NCBI GenBank assembly: GCA_963674965.2
Contig: CAXXFL010000002.1
Coordinates: 160,001-224,000 of the forward strand
Length of the DNA stretch: 64,000 nucleotides
Source: a bacterium
GTDB lineage: Bacteria > RBG-13-61-14 > DATKZS01
Reading direction: 5' to 3'
Shown in pieces: positions 37,981 to 47,374 of this stretch; the stretch's first letter is position 1; every line of letters begins with the position of its first letter. The notes beneath the pieces were generated by a model. The model was given only the letters and a program-made list of their open reading frames with translations, had not been told where the DNA came from and made no database searches. The position numbers and the translations under genes were made by a program.

Positions 37981-39594
37981 TCAATGCATTTCCCACTCGA
38001 TAAAGCCGGGCTTGGCGTCCTCCATGCAGTTGACGATAAGCTCGACCAGGCCGCCGTAGCTTATATGGCTCTTGTTCCACATGTCGTAATATTTTATCAG
38101 GTCCCGAATCTGGCCCTTGCAGTTGGAGCAGGGAGCGCAAACGTACTTGTCGATCGAGGGGTCGAGCTCGTCCTTGAAGGCCCCCAGAATCTGCTCCATT
38201 TTCTTCCTGCCGCTGACCTGGGCCCTCCAGTCCTCGAAGTTGTGGCCGCTCATGATGGCGAAGCCCGAGCCGCCTCCGCAGCAGTAGTTCTCGACCCCGT
38301 GGGGCGTCATCTCGCGGAACCGGGGCGCGATGCGGTTGAGGATTCGTCTTTGCGGCTGGACGATTCCCATGTTCCGGACCATGTTGCACGGGTCGTGGAG
38401 AGTGACGGGGAAGTCGTTCCGGGACGGATCGAACTTGAGGTTGCCCCTGAACACGATCTCCTCCATGAGGGTCATCGAGCTTTCGCGCCGTATGTTGAGG
38501 TCGCCCGTCAGCACCCGGTCGGCTATGACCGTGAGCGCCTTGTGGGCGTGTCCGCACTCGCCCAGGACCATCTTCTTGACGCCCAGCTTCTGGGCGGCCT
38601 TGGCGTGCTTGATGGCGACCTTGGCCAGCATGAAGTCGTCGTAGAAGAGCCCGTAGTTGATGTTGTCGTAGCCCAGGGCGTCCATGGACTCGCTCGAGAG
38701 GGTCCAGCTTATGCCCGCCGCCTGGAACAGGGCCGCGAAGGCGCCGTGGTTCTCGGGCCAGGCCAGTATCTCGCCCGCGTTATGGATGAGCAGGATATCC
38801 GCTCCTTTCACGTCCCAGGGGGTCTTGATATCCATGCCCGTTTTTTCCGAGGTGTCCTCATCGATGAACTCGATGTTGTCCTTGACCACCTCCGGGTTCA
38901 TGCCGGTGGATGACCCCACCTTGAGCTGAAGCATGGCCCCCCGGTCGTGAAGCTCCTTGGCGTGAATGCCAAGCTCCTGGCTGAAGAGCTTTCTTAGGTC
39001 GTGGGCGATGAGGGCGTTGTCCACCCCGATGGGGCAGGTCTGGGCGCAGCGGCGGCACAGGTTGCACCGGTAGGCCAGCTCGGCCAGGCGCGTGACCGTC
39101 CGCCAGTTGAGGTCGATGTCGCCGTGGCGCCACTTGGCGAAGTACTTGCCGCCGGGCTTGAAGTACTTGAAGTAGACGCGGCGAAGAATCTCGGAGCGGT
39201 AGGTCGGGCGGTAAAGGTCGTTCTTGCCCGAGCTGGTGTAAATGTGGCACGCGTCCGAGCAGGTCTGGCACTTGGCGCAGTTCTCCATCGAGAGGGTCAG
39301 GGGCTGGAGAAAGGTCCAGTTGTTCTCCTTGCTGAAAAGCTTCTCCAGGCCGGATAAAAATTTCCGAACCAGGGCGTCCTCCTCCTCCTTGCTCTTGGGC
39401 TTGGGTATGTTGAGGACCAGGGTGTCGTCAAGAGAAGCGCAGTAATTGCTCCTGGCGTCATCGCTGAGCTTTTTCCAGTCCGGCATGGTCTCGAGACCGT
39501 AAGGCTCGGGAAGAGGAGTGCATTCCATTTTATTAACGTGAGATACCTGATCGACGTCCTTGCTTATGTCCTCTATTTTTAGTTTGTCGGCCAT
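37981..39594 (-). CDS. DsrK/HmeD/HdrD-like Fe-S oxidoreductase
   Basis: CAKCQTCSDAC, CNLCRRCAQTCP, GECGH, HDPCN, CCGGGSG, CAPCSNC. Confidence 0.88.
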   Translation of the reverse strand: MADKLKIEDISKDVDQVSHVNKMECTPLPEPYGLETMPDWKKLSDDARSNYCASLDDTLVLNIPKPKSKEEEDALVRKFLSGLEKLFSKENNWTFLQPLTLSMENCAKCQTCSDACHIYTSSGKNDLYRPTYRSEILRRVYFKYFKPGGKYFAKWRHGDIDLNWRTVTRLAELAYRCNLCRRCAQTCPIGVDNALIAHDLRKLFSQELGIHAKELHDRGAMLQLKVGSSTGMNPEVVKDNIEFIDEDTSEKTGMDIKTPWDVKGADILLIHNAGEILAWPENHGAFAALFQAAGISWTLSSESMDALGYDNINYGLFYDDFMLAKVAIKHAKAAQKLGVKKMVLGECGHAHKALTVIADRVLTGDLNIRRESSMTLMEEIVFRGNLKFDPSRNDFPVTLHDPCNMVRNMGIVQPQRRILNRIAPRFREMTPHGVENYCCGGGSGFAIMSGHNFEDWRAQVSGRKKMEQILGAFKDELDPSIDKYVCAPCSNCKGQIRDLIKYYDMWNKSHISYGGLVELIVNCMEDAKPGFIEWEMH

Positions 39595-39599
39595 TTTTA

Positions 39600-40532
39600 T
39601 TACTCCATTTCCTCGGTCGCTATGTCAACCCAGTTCTTTCTGCCATCGCCCTTTATGTGGTCGGCGGCCCAGCTCACGGGGTATTGGACCTGCTCGATTA
39701 TCTTCTTCTCGACGTCGCTTCCCACCTCGTTGGGCTCGTCGTCCCACCTGATCTTGTGGTAGGTGAACCATTTGAGGAAAAAATGGGACATGTGGGTCAT
39801 GGGAATATAGGCCATCAAAAGGGTCGCCAGAACCACCTCGAGTCCAACCAGGAAGGACCCCACTGGACGGTTGAGGTCGAAGGTAATTAGGCCGCCCACG
39901 AAACCGCGCGTCAACTCGAAGTCGCCGTCGGCAAAGGCAAAGGCGAGCCAGGCCACGCCCAGAACGGCCATGAAGGCCACCAGGTTGAACATGGTCCCGA
40001 AAGAGGCGAACTCGCGAAGACCATGGTCGGTCTTCCTTAAAATATAAAGGCCGAAGGCCCCGGCGAAGGCCAGGGTCAAACCAACGAAGGCCAACGCGAT
40101 GGTGGCGTAGTAAACCGCCGCGCCAAGAAAGCCGGCCTGGGCCGAGACGTCCATCCCGATCAGTTCCATCAAGGCCCCGAGCACGATGAGGCCGATCAGG
40201 CCGGCCAGGCAGTACAGCCCGAAGTGGAAAGGGAAGGACCGGTACCAGAGCTTTCGATTGTGCTCGAAAAGGGCGACCAAAAGGGTCATCTCGGGAATCA
40301 TGACCCTAAGCTCTCCCATGAGGGACTTGTCTCTTTCCTTGGTCCACCAGTCGATCTCCTCGAGTATGGAGCCGCCGTAACGGGCTTTTGCGTACTCGTG
40401 GGCGACGGGATAGAGCTCCCACCTAAGATGCATGGGCATCCTCCACATCTTGAAGAAGCGGTAGGCCACCACTCCTCCAAAGGTCGCCACCGCCGCGTAG
40501 ATTATAAGGTGGATTAATACGGTACCGCTCAT
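39600..40532 (-). CDS. DsrM/HmeC/NarI-like membrane cytochrome b subunit
   Basis: Multiple TM helices; HLRWELYP, FHFG, PMTHMSH heme-ligand motifs. Confidence 0.85.
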   Translation of the reverse strand: MSGTVLIHLIIYAAVATFGGVVAYRFFKMWRMPMHLRWELYPVAHEYAKARYGGSILEEIDWWTKERDKSLMGELRVMIPEMTLLVALFEHNRKLWYRSFPFHFGLYCLAGLIGLIVLGALMELIGMDVSAQAGFLGAAVYYATIALAFVGLTLAFAGAFGLYILRKTDHGLREFASFGTMFNLVAFMAVLGVAWLAFAFADGDFELTRGFVGGLITFDLNRPVGSFLVGLEVVLATLLMAYIPMTHMSHFFLKWFTYHKIRWDDEPNEVGSDVEKKIIEQVQYPVSWAADHIKGDGRKNWVDIATEEME

Positions 40533-40598
40533 TATGTCCCTCCTTGAAGTCCTTTTTATTTTTCATGCCCGGCCCGGAGGCGCGGCCATAGTCATAGT

Positions 40599-41060
40599 TC
40601 AGCAGGGCAAGGATTCGCCCCTCTCCTCGTGGGATTCTCCCACCATCTCCATCATCTTGGTCTCGGACAGGTCGTCGAGGCTGTAATCGTAGAGCACGTC
40701 CGTAATCCGGGTATTGATGAGACCCCACATGCGGCGTGATCCGCATACGTCCTTGAACTGGCAGTCCGAGTCGCCGTCAAGGCAGTCCAGGAGCTTGATG
40801 GGTCCAATGGACGCCTCGACGATTTCCCCGATTTTAATGTCTTTAGGTTCCCGGGCCAGGAAGTAACCGCCGTGCTTTCCGATAATGCTTTTGATAAGCG
40901 AGGCATTCTTGAGAGGTACCACGAGCTGTTCGAGGTATCTCATTGAAAGGCCTTGCATTTTGGCGATTTCTTTCAGTCCGATGGGTTTTTCGGCAGAGGC
41001 GTGATCGGCCAGATAGATAAGCATTCTGACCGAGTATCTTGCCCTGGTTGATAGTTTCAT
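40599..41060 (-). CDS. Rrf2-family transcriptional regulator (IscR-like, three Cys)
   Basis: MKLSTRARY, YLEQL, GKHGGYFLA, C-x6-C-x5-C. Confidence 0.92.
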   Translation of the reverse strand: MKLSTRARYSVRMLIYLADHASAEKPIGLKEIAKMQGLSMRYLEQLVVPLKNASLIKSIIGKHGGYFLAREPKDIKIGEIVEASIGPIKLLDCLDGDSDCQFKDVCGSRRMWGLINTRITDVLYDYSLDDLSETKMMEMVGESHEERGESLPC

Positions 41061-41074
41061 CTCGCCGCCTTTAG

Positions 41075-41200
41075 TCCTGGTATTCCTATAGGAAAACTAA
41101 TTCGAGGAGCAAAAAAAATTTCGCCCCTTGTCTTTACGGCCTTCCTTTCCATGTCTTTGTCCGCTGTGTTCTTCATCATTCTCCTACCATTCCTATAGGA
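41075..41200. promoter_or_regulatory. Two copies of a candidate Rrf2 operator, TCCTR-N9-TAGGA
   Basis: TCCTGGTATTCCTATAGGA at 41075-41093 and TCCTACCATTCCTATAGGA at 41182-41200, both upstream of rrf2. Confidence 0.55.
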
Positions 41201-41349
41201 TTAATATGTAGTAAAGAACGGATTACGTCAAATGTCAAGAAAAAAATGAAAACCAAATTAAAAAAAATTGCTTCTTAAATAAAATCAGTCGTTTGTAAAA
41301 GAATTGAGATGGATATAATCTTCTGAAGAGAGTATAAACACGATCTAAA

Positions 41350-41535
41350 TGGCCTTTTGCAAAAGCCCCGATTTGGAGTGCGGCGGCTTGACGCCGCTTT
41401 TCCACCGAGCGGCTTGACGCGAGGAAAGGCTTTGAATTGATTGGCCTTGTTAAGCCAAGGACATCGAAAGCGGTCTCAAGCGACCGTACTCCAAAGCAAA
41501 TATGCCTCCAAGAAAACAGGCTATAACAGAGGCTT
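41350..41535 (-). repeat. Repeat family A, copy 2 (inverted)
   Basis: Reverse-complement similarity to 29601-29778 and 43427-43611. Confidence 0.8.
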
Positions 41536-43400
41536 CAAAGTCTGGTGATTTCGAGCCGCGTCACTTCCAGATACCCATACCCCGTGAAAAGCACCCGGGT
41601 TTCGACATAAGATGGCCACACGTGTCCTTCTACAGTGAAAGTGTCTGTAATTGTAGATAACTCTCCGCCAATGTCGGGAAGGGCTTTTTTCTCCGTCCTT
41701 TTTTTGCCCACTATAACGTCCCACTTTCCGGCCGGCTCGCTATTTTCCCCCAGGCTTGAATATTCAATCTTCAGCATGTAATCGCCAGGTTCGAGGAACC
41801 GGTAGGGGCCATAAATAAGATGCCCCTTTACATGCCGGCCGCTCTGGGCGTAACGGGCCGTTCCTTTAAGTTCACCCACGTTGGAGGGGAGGTCTGCGGC
41901 ATGATAGCCCAGAGGGCCTTTGTCCGGAGTGGCGAAGAAAAGCATAATAAAACAACAAAGCATGATGGCGGCCCGGACGCGGTTTATCCACCTTGCGCGG
42001 TTTAACCCGTTTATGCCAAAGGTGATCAAAACGATCGAAAAGATAAAGAAAGCATAGTTGGGCGGATGATGGAGAAAGGCGGGATTGAAGGTGAAGTTCG
42101 GCATATAGCTCGTGATGATGGGATAAAAAGTGGCGCGGGCGTAATCGGGACTCAGGGCCTCGGCTTTTAACAGGAACTGATCCCGATACCAGCCGGGGAC
42201 AAGCAAAAGCTGGAACAATAAAGCCATGGCAAAGAGCGCGTATATCGCCTTTTCATGTCGGTCCTTTATAGAACCAAGTGCAAAGGAAACGGGATAAATA
42301 AGCAAGGGATAGGAACTCCAGCCATAGCGCCCGGGAAAACAAAAGCCTCCGAATTTAACGTGGTGAAGGGAGTTTACGCCCAGGAGACTCATGTAGACCA
42401 TGAAAGCGAAAAGGAAAAATGTAAGGTTTTTTCTCGCCATGGGAACAATGCCGACAAGGGCGAGGAAGAACAGTGGGTCCATCATGAATATGCCCGAGAC
42501 CTGGTCCAGGTGATGGCCGAGAAACCCCATCACAAATGGCCAGAATTCTAAAACCAAAGAGCCCTTGCCGTAATGTCCTAAGATACTCCCGGTGTAGTGG
42601 TAATGGTAGAGCGGATAAAGCCCGATGGACGCGGCCAGCATGACGGGAGCGGCCAGAAGATATATGGGCCTCTTGAGAAGGTCGGCCGCGCCCTTTTTGC
42701 CCTCACCCAGAAAAGCAAAGCCCAGTATGACCAGGGCCGCGAGGCAGTTCTTGAAATGCAGCCAGGGCAAAAAGGCCAGGGCCAAGCCCAAAGCCAGGGC
42801 CCTGGCCGGACCTTTTTGCGGTTTTCCCCAGCCTTTCCGGCAGGCCTCGACGCAAAGGAGCGCCAGAACGCCGGTGGGTAAATCGGGAAAAATCTGGTTG
42901 GCCGCGGGCAAGAAGGGCAGGGCAAGGCAAAGGGCCAGCGCGCCAAAGACTGCCATCTTCGGCTTCCCCGTTTCCTCCAGCAGAACGCGATAGAAAATAA
43001 GGGGCAGGGCCGAGGCGAGAATGGCCATGAAGACCCTGGCGCCCGCGGTCCCGAAAAGCGCGTAGGGTACGAGAATAAGGAGTGGCACGCCCAGGTTGTG
43101 GTGGCTGAAGGTCCTTCCGTCGGGCAGGATTTCCTGGGGCTGGGGTTTAAGTCCCCTCAGGATATAGCCGTGCTCCATCTCGTCCTTAAAGTTATTGGTC
43201 AGGTCGAGGTCGAAGTCCTTCCATATACTTCTGGCGATCACCAGGTAATGCGGCTCGTCCCCCGTGATCTCATATCTCTTCTTCTTTTCCCAATCGAGCG
43301 GAATAAAGATATAGGCCACGATCGGGATAATGAGGAGCCATTCGACTCGAAAGGCAAGCGCTTGTTTCAGCGCGACCGCTGATTTGGATGGGAGAGGCAA
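41535..43400 (-). CDS. Polytopic membrane protein, probable GT-C glycosyltransferase, with a C-terminal beta-sandwich
   Basis: GDEPHY...DLDL.N, FPD, LPWLHFK, FPGRY motifs; C-terminal YGPY...LEPG; start uncertain. Confidence 0.7.
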   Translation of the reverse strand: MPLPSKSAVALKQALAFRVEWLLIIPIVAYIFIPLDWEKKKRYEITGDEPHYLVIARSIWKDFDLDLTNNFKDEMEHGYILRGLKPQPQEILPDGRTFSHHNLGVPLLILVPYALFGTAGARVFMAILASALPLIFYRVLLEETGKPKMAVFGALALCLALPFLPAANQIFPDLPTGVLALLCVEACRKGWGKPQKGPARALALGLALAFLPWLHFKNCLAALVILGFAFLGEGKKGAADLLKRPIYLLAAPVMLAASIGLYPLYHYHYTGSILGHYGKGSLVLEFWPFVMGFLGHHLDQVSGIFMMDPLFFLALVGIVPMARKNLTFFLFAFMVYMSLLGVNSLHHVKFGGFCFPGRYGWSSYPLLIYPVSFALGSIKDRHEKAIYALFAMALLFQLLLVPGWYRDQFLLKAEALSPDYARATFYPIITSYMPNFTFNPAFLHHPPNYAFFIFSIVLITFGINGLNRARWINRVRAAIMLCCFIMLFFATPDKGPLGYHAADLPSNVGELKGTARYAQSGRHVKGHLIYGPYRFLEPGDYMLKIEYSSLGENSEPAGKWDVIVGKKRTEKKALPDIGGELSTITDTFTVEGHVWPSYVETRVLFTGYGYLEVTRLEITRL

Positions 43401-43426
43401 ATGGTTTTCCTTGAAGCTTTACGGCG

Positions 43427-43611
43427 GAGCCGTTGTAAAAGTCCTTTTCTTGGCGGCATAGCCGCTTTGGAGTGCTCTCGCTTGAGACCGCTTTCTATGG
43501 CCTTGGCTTGACAAGGCCAAAAAATACAAAGCCTTTCCTAGCGTCAAGCCACTCGGAAGAAAAGCGGCGTCGGGCCGCCGCGCTCCAAAGCGGGACATTT
43601 GCAAGAGGCTC
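43427..43611 (+). repeat. Repeat family A, copy 3
   Basis: Imperfect terminal inverted repeats GAGCCGTTGTAAAAGTCC / GGACATTTGCAAGAGGCTC; internal palindromes. Confidence 0.85.
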
Positions 43612-43788
43612 TGGTATTTCCTTATTTCCTCGCGAACTCTTAATCAAAGAAACTGGAACCATCATATATCAGGATATCCTTGCCCTTCAAACCGCATATG
43701 AGGAAAGCAATCTTTCATCTCGCCGTTTTCGGCTCTTGTCTTTCCGGCCTCTGGTCACTTTCCCTTTTTGCGTATACAATCATTATCC

Positions 43789-45141
43789 GTGGCTAAGAGG
43801 GGACATGGAACGGGCGCTCCCGTTATCGCGCTGGTGGGACGGCCCAACGTGGGCAAGTCCACGCTGTTCAACAAGCTCACCGGGGCCAGGAAAGCCCTGG
43901 TGGACGACATGCCCGGCGTGACTCGCGACCGCAACTACGGGACCATGGACTGGCTGGGCCAGAAGTGGACCCTGGTGGACACGGGCGGTCTCGATCCCAG
44001 CGCGGAGGGCGACGTGCTGGCCGAGATGCGCGTGCAGACGGAGGTGGCCATACTCGAGGCCGACGCCGTGGTCCTCATGCTGGACGGAAAGGACGGCGTG
44101 ACCCCCGGCGACCACGAGGTCTGCGGCATGCTGCGGAAGTCGGCAAAGCCCGTCTTCTACGCGGTCAATAAAATAGACGGGCCGCGCCACGAGGAGAGGG
44201 TGGCCGAATTCTACGAGCTGGGGGTCGATCTCCTGACCGGTATTTCCGCGGAGCACGGCTACGGCCTTGACGACCTTCTCGACCTGATCAAAGACAAGCT
44301 GCCCGGCGCTCCCGAGTTCGAGGAGGAGGACGAGGCTGACCTGGTCCCCCGCGTGGCCGTGGTGGGAAGGCCCAACGTGGGCAAGTCCACCTTGATCAAC
44401 TCACTCCTCGGGGAGCAAAGGCACCTGGTACACGACGAGGCCGGCACCACTCGGGACGCCGTGGACAGCCTGGTCAACCTGGGCGGTGAAAAGTTCCTCT
44501 TTATCGACACCGCCGGCATGAGAAGGAAAAGCCGGATCGACACCAGGCTCGAAAGGTACTCGGTCATGAGGACCCTGAAGAGCATCGAGCGCTGCCACCT
44601 GGCCCTCCTCCTCATGGACGCCCAGGGCGGGATCGTCGATCAGGACGCCAAGATAGCCGGACTGGCCCACGAAAGGGGAAGGGCCCTGGCCATACTCTTC
44701 AACAAGTGGGACCTCATCGAGGACAAGGAAGCCGCCAGGCAAAGGCTCGAGAGGGAAATCAAGGAAAAACTTCCCCACGTGGATTACGCCCCCGTGCTCA
44801 CCCTTTCCGCCAAGGAGGGAAAGCGGGTGGGAAAGATCGGGGACCTGGTAAGGCGGGTTATGGGGAACTTCAACCATCGGGTCACCACCGGCGAGCTAAA
44901 CCGGAACCTCGAGACCTGGGTCGAGGCACATCACCCGCCGGCCAGGGGGAAAAGGCCGCTCACCTTTTATTACGCCACCCAAAGCGGGGTGCGGCCCCCC
45001 ACCTTCGTCTTCTTCGTCAACCGGCCCGACCAGGTGCCGGCCTCATACGAGCGCTACCTGGTCAACAGGATACGCGAAACCTACGGCTTCGAGGGCTGCC
45101 CCCTCAAGACCCGCTTCCGGGCGAGGAAAAGGAAGGGATAA
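43789..45141 (+). CDS. der: Ribosome biogenesis GTPase Der (EngA)
   Basis: Two G domains (GRPNVGKST twice, DTGG/DTAG, NKID/NKWD) and a KH-like C-terminus; probable GTG start at 43789. Confidence 0.95.
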   Translation: MAKRGHGTGAPVIALVGRPNVGKSTLFNKLTGARKALVDDMPGVTRDRNYGTMDWLGQKWTLVDTGGLDPSAEGDVLAEMRVQTEVAILEADAVVLMLDGKDGVTPGDHEVCGMLRKSAKPVFYAVNKIDGPRHEERVAEFYELGVDLLTGISAEHGYGLDDLLDLIKDKLPGAPEFEEEDEADLVPRVAVVGRPNVGKSTLINSLLGEQRHLVHDEAGTTRDAVDSLVNLGGEKFLFIDTAGMRRKSRIDTRLERYSVMRTLKSIERCHLALLLMDAQGGIVDQDAKIAGLAHERGRALAILFNKWDLIEDKEAARQRLEREIKEKLPHVDYAPVLTLSAKEGKRVGKIGDLVRRVMGNFNHRVTTGELNRNLETWVEAHHPPARGKRPLTFYYATQSGVRPPTFVFFVNRPDQVPASYERYLVNRIRETYGFEGCPLKTRFRARKRKG

Positions 45142-45283
45142 ATTTTTGGGCCTCTTGCCCGCTACTCCTAAAGTCTAAAGACGTCGTTAAACCTATCGTT
45201 TTCAGTAATTTCCTTTTAACGCGGAAATAATGGGCCGTAATTATGCGGGTGAAGTAAGCGAAGAGCGGTGATGATTCCCGGCA

Positions 45284-45413
45284 AGCCCGCGGCTTACGCC
45301 GCCCATGCATGATGCATGGGCGAGCCAGGCTTGTGGATCGTTGCAGAACTTTCAGTCATATTTAATTCAGGGTCGCCCACGCATTTTGCGTGGGTGAGCG
45401 TGGCGAACCGGCT
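45284..45413 (-). repeat. Repeat family B (REP-like), two half-elements
   Basis: GCCCATGCATGATGCATGGGC and GGGTCGCCCACGCATTTTGCGTGGGTGAGCG; reverse orientation relative to the 48.6-kb and 53.6-kb copies. Confidence 0.8.
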
Positions 45414-45484
45414 TAATGCCTCGGCATGGAGGGCGCTTGGCGGCGGTTTTGGTTTCCGCCCGCGCGTTTGGCCGGTAAGTTCGT

Positions 45485-46273
45485 CTATCTTCTTTTCGCG
45501 CCGACGTTCCTCATGTCCTTTAAGAACGGGAACCTGGACCTTACGCTCCGCGTCTCGTCGGGATCGATCTCGATGGCAACGTACTCGAGGCCGGACCCCG
45601 CGAGGAGCAGCTCTTTGCCGAGGGGACAGTACGCGGCCGAGCCGCCGGCGTATTGGATTCCGTTGCCGTCCCGGCCCGTCCGGTTTACTCCGATCGTAAA
45701 GCACTGGTTCTCGATGGCCCGGGCCTTGAGCAGGGCATGGAAGTGATCGGCCCGGGACTCGGGCCAGTTGGCGATGACCAGGATCAGGCTTACGTCCCTG
45801 GCCACGCGGCGGAAGACCTCGGGGAAGCGGAGGTCGTAGCAGATGAAAACGGCCGCCGGAACGCCCGCCAGCAGGAATGGCCCCAACTCGTCGCCGGGAA
45901 CGAATACCTTGTCCTCCCCCGCCAGGCTGAAAGGATGTATCTTCTCGGCCTTCATGAGGATCGAGCCGTCCGGGCCAATGGCCGCCGCCAGGTTCCGGGC
46001 CTTGTCGCTCGAGGCCTTCTCCGCGTAGCCCGCCACCACCGTTATCTTGTGGCGCCCGGCCATCTCCTTCAGGCCCCGCTCGGTGGGCCCGTCCCAGTCC
46101 TCGGCCACTTTCGCCACGTTCATGGAGAAGCCCGTCGAGAACGTCTCGGGAAAGATTATCGCGTCCATCCCCTCGTCGGCCGCCCTCTTGATGAAGACCT
46201 CCGCCCGGGCAAGGTTGGCCTCCTTGTCCTCCCACCTGGCGTCGAACTGTATCAATGCAAGCTTCATGGCCAT
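45485..46273 (-). CDS. Carbon-nitrogen hydrolase (nitrilase superfamily, omega-amidase-like)
   Basis: FPE, KIH, ICYDLRFPE catalytic triad motifs; ARAIENQ. Confidence 0.9.
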   Translation of the reverse strand: MAMKLALIQFDARWEDKEANLARAEVFIKRAADEGMDAIIFPETFSTGFSMNVAKVAEDWDGPTERGLKEMAGRHKITVVAGYAEKASSDKARNLAAAIGPDGSILMKAEKIHPFSLAGEDKVFVPGDELGPFLLAGVPAAVFICYDLRFPEVFRRVARDVSLILVIANWPESRADHFHALLKARAIENQCFTIGVNRTGRDGNGIQYAGGSAAYCPLGKELLLAGSGLEYVAIEIDPDETRSVRSRFPFLKDMRNVGAKRR

Positions 46274-46392
46274 CGAAAATTATAGCGGCCGAACGCGAGC
46301 GGGTCCAGTGGCGGCGGGCTGAACTCTTCTGACGCCAACCGTATTGATCGGTCCATTATAAAGTGGATAAGCAAAAAATCGCTTAATCAGGA

Positions 46393-47198
46393 CACTGCTG
46401 TCCAAAATAGGACGGACCTTGCCTTTGCCCCATTATAAAACGGGGATTCAGATGGTCAGACTATGGGTTTCCAGGTTGAGGTTATCCCTTTTTTTCCCGC
46501 CGGGGCTGTCCAAGACCGCTGATGGGAAGATATAGTTGCTCGGGTTTGGGCACGATCGGCTCCACGCCGAAGGGATTGTGCAGCCATTCCGTCAAATCCC
46601 GATAAGTAAAGAGGTTCAGCCGCGGCATGGAGGCCAGGTTCGAGAACGACCAGCCGGCCATGGATATGTAATGGAGCCACTTTAAAATAAGGATGGCGAT
46701 CAAGGCTGTCCAAATCTGGATGAGCGGCGCGTTCTCGCTCGTGCCCACGAAGGACTTGATTTTGAGGTTTTGTTTCAGGGCCTTGAAGAATATCTCGATC
46801 TCCCACCGGTCCTAATAAAGCGCGGCGGGCCGGTTTTTGTTGGCGTAGGCGAGGGTCGACTTGTTGGGGTCCTTTTTGACGCCGAGGTGGACGAGCTCGC
46901 CCATGCAGCACTTGAGTCCGTTGCAGATTTCACGCGGGGAGTCGGCCCTCGCGAGTTGGCGGAACATCATGGCCACGAACTGGTCCCAGCAGGTGAAGCC
47001 CTTGGCCTTGTACTCGGCGTTGTTTTTCCTGACCAGGGCCGCGAACTCGGAGCGGGGAAAATGTTTCAATACTTGACTGAACAGGCTGGATACGCGTACC
47101 ATAGTATAGTCCTCCTTGTTGCCATGGATTTTTGTGTAATAAAAGTATCCCACGGCATGGAGGACTTTTCATTTGAAAAGCTATCTTGGACAAGAGTG
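46393..47198 (-). mobile_element. Internally deleted IS4-family insertion sequence (806 bp)
   Basis: Terminal inverted repeats CACTGCTGTCCAAAATAG (46393-46410) and CTATCTTGGACAAGAGTG (47181-47198), 15/18 match; encloses transposase fragments. Confidence 0.85.
46482..47102 (-). pseudogene. IS4-family transposase pseudogene (DUF4372-like N-terminus joined to the C-terminus)
   Basis: MVRVSSLFSQ...FTCWDQF...NRPAALY*DRWEIEIFFKALKQNLKIKSF; in-frame TAG at 46812-46814; most of the DDE core is missing. Confidence 0.85.
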
Positions 47199-47320
47199 TT
47201 CTTTCCTTGTCTTTCATTTCATCCTCTCCGCCCGCGCGCATTGGCGATCAGATTCTCTATCCAACTCCACTTTTAAATACGACCGGCTTTATTTTTCAAG
47301 CCGCCACCCACCCGGCCAAG

Positions 47321-47354
47321 AAAAAGCGCGAGGGCTTTTGGTCCCCCGCGCTTT
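47321..47354 (-). terminator. Intrinsic terminator after ilvE
   Basis: Minus strand AAAGCGCGGGGGACCAAAAGCCCTCGCGCTTTTT, a stem-loop plus T tract. Confidence 0.65.
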
Positions 47355-47374
47355 GGGTTTGGTTATTTTGATCT

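Noticed and set aside
46812-46814. Pyrrolysine or amber readthrough in the transposase
   Set aside because: The gene also lacks most of its catalytic core, so a nonsense mutation in a dead element is the simpler explanation
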